A stretch of DNA of 64,000 nucleotides from positions 6,245 through 70,244 of IMG/VR virus record IMGVR_UViG_3300031416_000352; one strand, given 5' to 3'. The DNA comes from a virus. Lineage: Duplodnaviria > Caudoviricetes. Below the pieces are notes generated by a model. It had not been told where the DNA came from and searched no databases. It worked only from the letters and a program-made list of their open reading frames with translations. A program made the position numbers and the translations under genes. Below, piece by piece: positions 61,505 to 64,000 of the stretch. Numbering within the stretch: the first letter of the stretch is position 1; the number at the start of each line of letters is the position of its first letter.

Positions 61505-62616
61505 TCTATTTGACCACTGGCGGCAATGGCGCGGGCAAGACGCTGTTTACGCTGAAAGATGTGCGTGATCAGCAGCTGAAAGAAAACCGGCCCGTCTACT
61601 TCCACGGCTTCACGGCCAATCAAATCCTGCTGGACTGGGGCTGGAAAGAGTTTGATCCGAAGAAGTGGCAAGACCTGCCTGACGGCTCGGTGTGCGTGTT
61701 CGATGAATGCCAGAACGAATTCCCGGCAAAGATACAGGGCGAGTTGCCTGACTACATCAACGCTGTAGCGCAGTTCCGTCGCAAGCGCGGCTTTGACTTC
61801 TGGATGATTACGCCGCATCCGTCGCTGATTCATGTGAACGTTCGGCGCTTGATTGAATCGCCTAGTTGGCACCGGCATTTCAAGCGCAGCTTTGGCGCGG
61901 ATATGGTCTCGGAATTGCGCTTCAACCATGCGGAGATGAGTTGCGAAAAGCCCAATGCGGGCAAGAGCGGCCAGGTCAGCATGCGTGCTTATCCAAAGGA
62001 GGTCTACGACTGGTACAAGTCGGCGTCGTTGCATACCGGCAAGCGCAAGCTGCCTAAGCAACTGTGGATCTTCCTGGCGTGCATCGTCGTCATTCCGGTG
62101 CTGATCTACTTTGTGTGGCAACACTTCTTGAACATGGGCAAGGTCGCCACAGACCCAGCAGCAAAGCCTGGAGAGGCCATGCAAGCAACCGCTGCCGGTG
62201 GCGCACCAGCCAGCAAGCACATGACCATTACTGAATACCTGGAGACGCGCAAACCTCGCATAGCTGATTTGCCGCATACCGCGCCTATGTATGACGAGGT
62301 GACTAAGCCAGTAACTGCGCCTTACCCGGCTGCATGCGTTCAAGACGCCAAGCGCTGCCTTTGCTACACGCAGCAAGGCACGCTCATGCGCACCTCAGGC
62401 GAGACCTGTCAGCAGATCGTGAAATACGGCTACTTCATGGATTGGGATGATGGCCGGAACAAGCAAGGGGCTGCGCAGCCAGCAATCCAGAAGCCGCAGC
62501 AACAGCAGCCCAGCTATCGCCCGCAGCCGGTCTATGACCCAGCGCCTGAGCTGGTGGGGTTTGAGGAGCGCATGGCCGCGCGCAATGCAACAGTGGTGTC
62601 AAGCCTCAAGCGCTGA
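61501..62616 (+). CDS. zot: Zot-like assembly ATPase (pI)
   Basis: N-terminal Walker A GGNGAGKT, Walker B VFDECQ, RKRGFDFWMITP, TM helix at about residue 190. Confidence 0.93.
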   Translation: MIYLTTGGNGAGKTLFTLKDVRDQQLKENRPVYFHGFTANQILLDWGWKEFDPKKWQDLPDGSVCVFDECQNEFPAKIQGELPDYINAVAQFRRKRGFDFWMITPHPSLIHVNVRRLIESPSWHRHFKRSFGADMVSELRFNHAEMSCEKPNAGKSGQVSMRAYPKEVYDWYKSASLHTGKRKLPKQLWIFLACIVVIPVLIYFVWQHFLNMGKVATDPAAKPGEAMQATAAGGAPASKHMTITEYLETRKPRIADLPHTAPMYDEVTKPVTAPYPAACVQDAKRCLCYTQQGTLMRTSGETCQQIVKYGYFMDWDDGRNKQGAAQPAIQKPQQQQPSYRPQPVYDPAPELVGFEERMAARNATVVSSLKR

Positions 62617-62639
62617 GCGCGTTTATCTGGAGACAAACA

Positions 62640-62850
62640 GGGGCCCCAGGAGCGGAGACCTTGTGTCGTAGTGGTGGGGTCGGGGTATGGGGTGACAAAC
62701 CCCATGTCGAGGTTGGTTCTATCTCGTGCCGTTCGAAGTGGTCAGGGGATGGAGCTAAGGGGGGGTTCAGCCGTCCCGCGGATGCGGAGCACGCGGGGCG
62801 GCGAAGCCGCCCTAGATTTATCTCTCTGACACTTTAGAACATACGGGTAG
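62640..62850 (+). other. Putative inovirus intergenic region (replication origin/packaging hairpins)
   Basis: Non-coding, hairpins atggggt/accccat and gggcggc-gaa-gccgccc followed by AT-rich TAGATTTATCTCTCTGACACT, directly upstream of Rep. Confidence 0.5.
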
Positions 62851-62921
62851 AAACCAAAGAAAAAGGGCCTGAACCGCGTCAACAGTTCAAGCCCTTGGAT
62901 GCCAATGCATTAGGAGTGCAT

Positions 62922-63782
62922 ATGACGTTGAGAATTATCGATGGTACGGCGTACGAGCGCAAGCGCTTGGACAATCAGTTCAAGGTCAAAACGACTGACC
63001 TTGGCAATGGTCACCAAGAGACGGTTATCACCCAAGGATGGGAATGGGTCGAGCGCTCGGATATGACCCCCTTCGCTATCCAGATGGCTGCGGAATGCAT
63101 AGAGAAGAACCGCAACGATCCCAAGGCCATAGAAGAGCGTGAAGCCCTCAACAAAGAACGCTCCGCCAAGCGGGCAAAAAAGGCCGTCAGGCAGCTTTGC
63201 AAGGTCGCTGGTGCCGACACCCTTATGACCCTCGTTTATCGCTCAAATCAGCAGGATTTGGCCCTCTGCAAAAAACATCTGAAAGAGTTCGTCCGTCGGG
63301 TCAAGCGGGTGATTCCTGATTTCGTTGCCATTGCGGCTTTTGAGCAGCAAGAACGCGGGGCCTGGCACGTGCACATGGCCTGTCGGCGCATTGCTACGGT
63401 GTTGCCTGGTGCCGATGGCATACGCATGAAAAGCTTCAACGTGTTGCGCGCCATATGGCGTTCGGTGACGAATGAACACGGGGGCAATGTCGATGTGTCT
63501 CGCCGCAAGCAAACAAGTCAGCGCAGTGCAGCTCGCATAGCGAACTACATCAGCAAATACATCATGAAAGCGTTTGAGCTGGGGGAGAAGCACTCGAACC
63601 GGTGGACGAAGTTCGGTGATGTGACCTTGCCGCAGTCCAAGCAACTGGGCGACTTCTCAACGATGCAAGAGGCTGTGGCCATGGTCCTTGGCCGCCAGCC
63701 TGAGGGGACAGAAATCGTGAACTGCTATCTCAGCCGTTGGCAAGACGTGTTCTATTTCGTGGTAGAAAAAAGTTCTGCCTAG
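62922..63782 (+). CDS. Rolling-circle replication initiator (HUH endonuclease)
   Basis: TLVY motif 1, ERGAWHVHMA (HUH) and NYISKY catalytic Tyr; AGGAG RBS before ATG 62922. Confidence 0.9.
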   Translation: MTLRIIDGTAYERKRLDNQFKVKTTDLGNGHQETVITQGWEWVERSDMTPFAIQMAAECIEKNRNDPKAIEEREALNKERSAKRAKKAVRQLCKVAGADTLMTLVYRSNQQDLALCKKHLKEFVRRVKRVIPDFVAIAAFEQQERGAWHVHMACRRIATVLPGADGIRMKSFNVLRAIWRSVTNEHGGNVDVSRRKQTSQRSAARIANYISKYIMKAFELGEKHSNRWTKFGDVTLPQSKQLGDFSTMQEAVAMVLGRQPEGTEIVNCYLSRWQDVFYFVVEKSSA

Positions 63783-64000
63783 CGCTCTTGGTGTTCGCCT
63801 TCAATTTTGACAAGAGCCCACTTGTATCCGATTGGTGCCATTGGCTGGGTGGTTGTGCTGTTGCGTAATTTCGACTCGTTTATGCCGTCCCGAATGGCGT
63901 TTTTCATCAAGATGTAAGAGAGATAGATGAGCGCTCCTGTGGCAACTATCAGAACTAGAAGCTCAATGATCCAAGCGTTTGGGTACGTGACGAAGTACAT
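63779..64000 (-). CDS. Low-GC membrane protein (inovirus cargo), possibly 5'-truncated by window edge
   Basis: TM helix IIELLVLIVATGALIYLSYIL; convergent with Rep. Confidence 0.6.
   Translation of the reverse strand: MYFVTYPNAWIIELLVLIVATGALIYLSYILMKNAIRDGINESKLRNSTTTQPMAPIGYKWALVKIEGEHQER

Larger units (their letters stand above)
58045..64000. mobile_element. Filamentous prophage (Inoviridae, RSM/RSS-like layout); right end outside window
   Basis: Divergent repressor, then ssDNA-binding protein, small coat genes, pVIII, Gly-rich pIII, pVI, Zot and HUH Rep. Confidence 0.93.

Overview
The window is GC-rich DNA that looks betaproteobacterial (Comamonadaceae-like is an inference). It holds two tandem prophages and no recognisable host housekeeping genes. 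(1) Positions 1 to about 58044 are the right ~58 kb of a temperate tailed prophage; its left end and integrase lie outside the window. In order it has a leftward early operon (C5 methyltransferase, YfdP/YfdQ-like genes), a cI/cro/cII immunity region, Rha-KilAC antirepressor, replication and nin-like genes, terminase, portal, scaffold, N4-gp56-like capsid and short-tail genes. These are followed by ejection-type proteins including a 3061-aa polyvalent protein, a low-GC DprA+PRTase (ShosTA-like) defence cassette, holin/GH108 endolysin/Rz-Rz1, a post-lysis cluster of probable nucleotide-sponge anti-defence genes and an SOS-boxed umuDC. No tape measure or sheath gene is evident, so a podovirus-like (F116-like) architecture is inferred. 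(2) From about 58045 to beyond 64000 lies a filamentous (inovirus) prophage: repressor, ssDNA-binding protein, coat genes, pIII, pVI, Zot and HUH Rep. The junction is a 14-bp copy of a tRNA-Ser-type 3' end (58031-58044). The main observations not explained by the ORF track are: eight late promoters with a YATAGGGYT box exactly 22 nt upstream of a -10-like hexamer, five of them predicting leaderless mRNAs; a putative anti-CBASS/Thoeris sponge cluster including a membrane-anchored gp49/Acb4-like domain; four LexA boxes, one controlling the ShosTA-like cassette and two an orphan gene in the immunity region; a ~900-nt structured non-coding pL leader ahead of a terminator-studded operon; an inovirus repressor gene that reads across the att core; and a relic second umuC 3' end. 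All family assignments come from motif recognition by eye; no database search was run.
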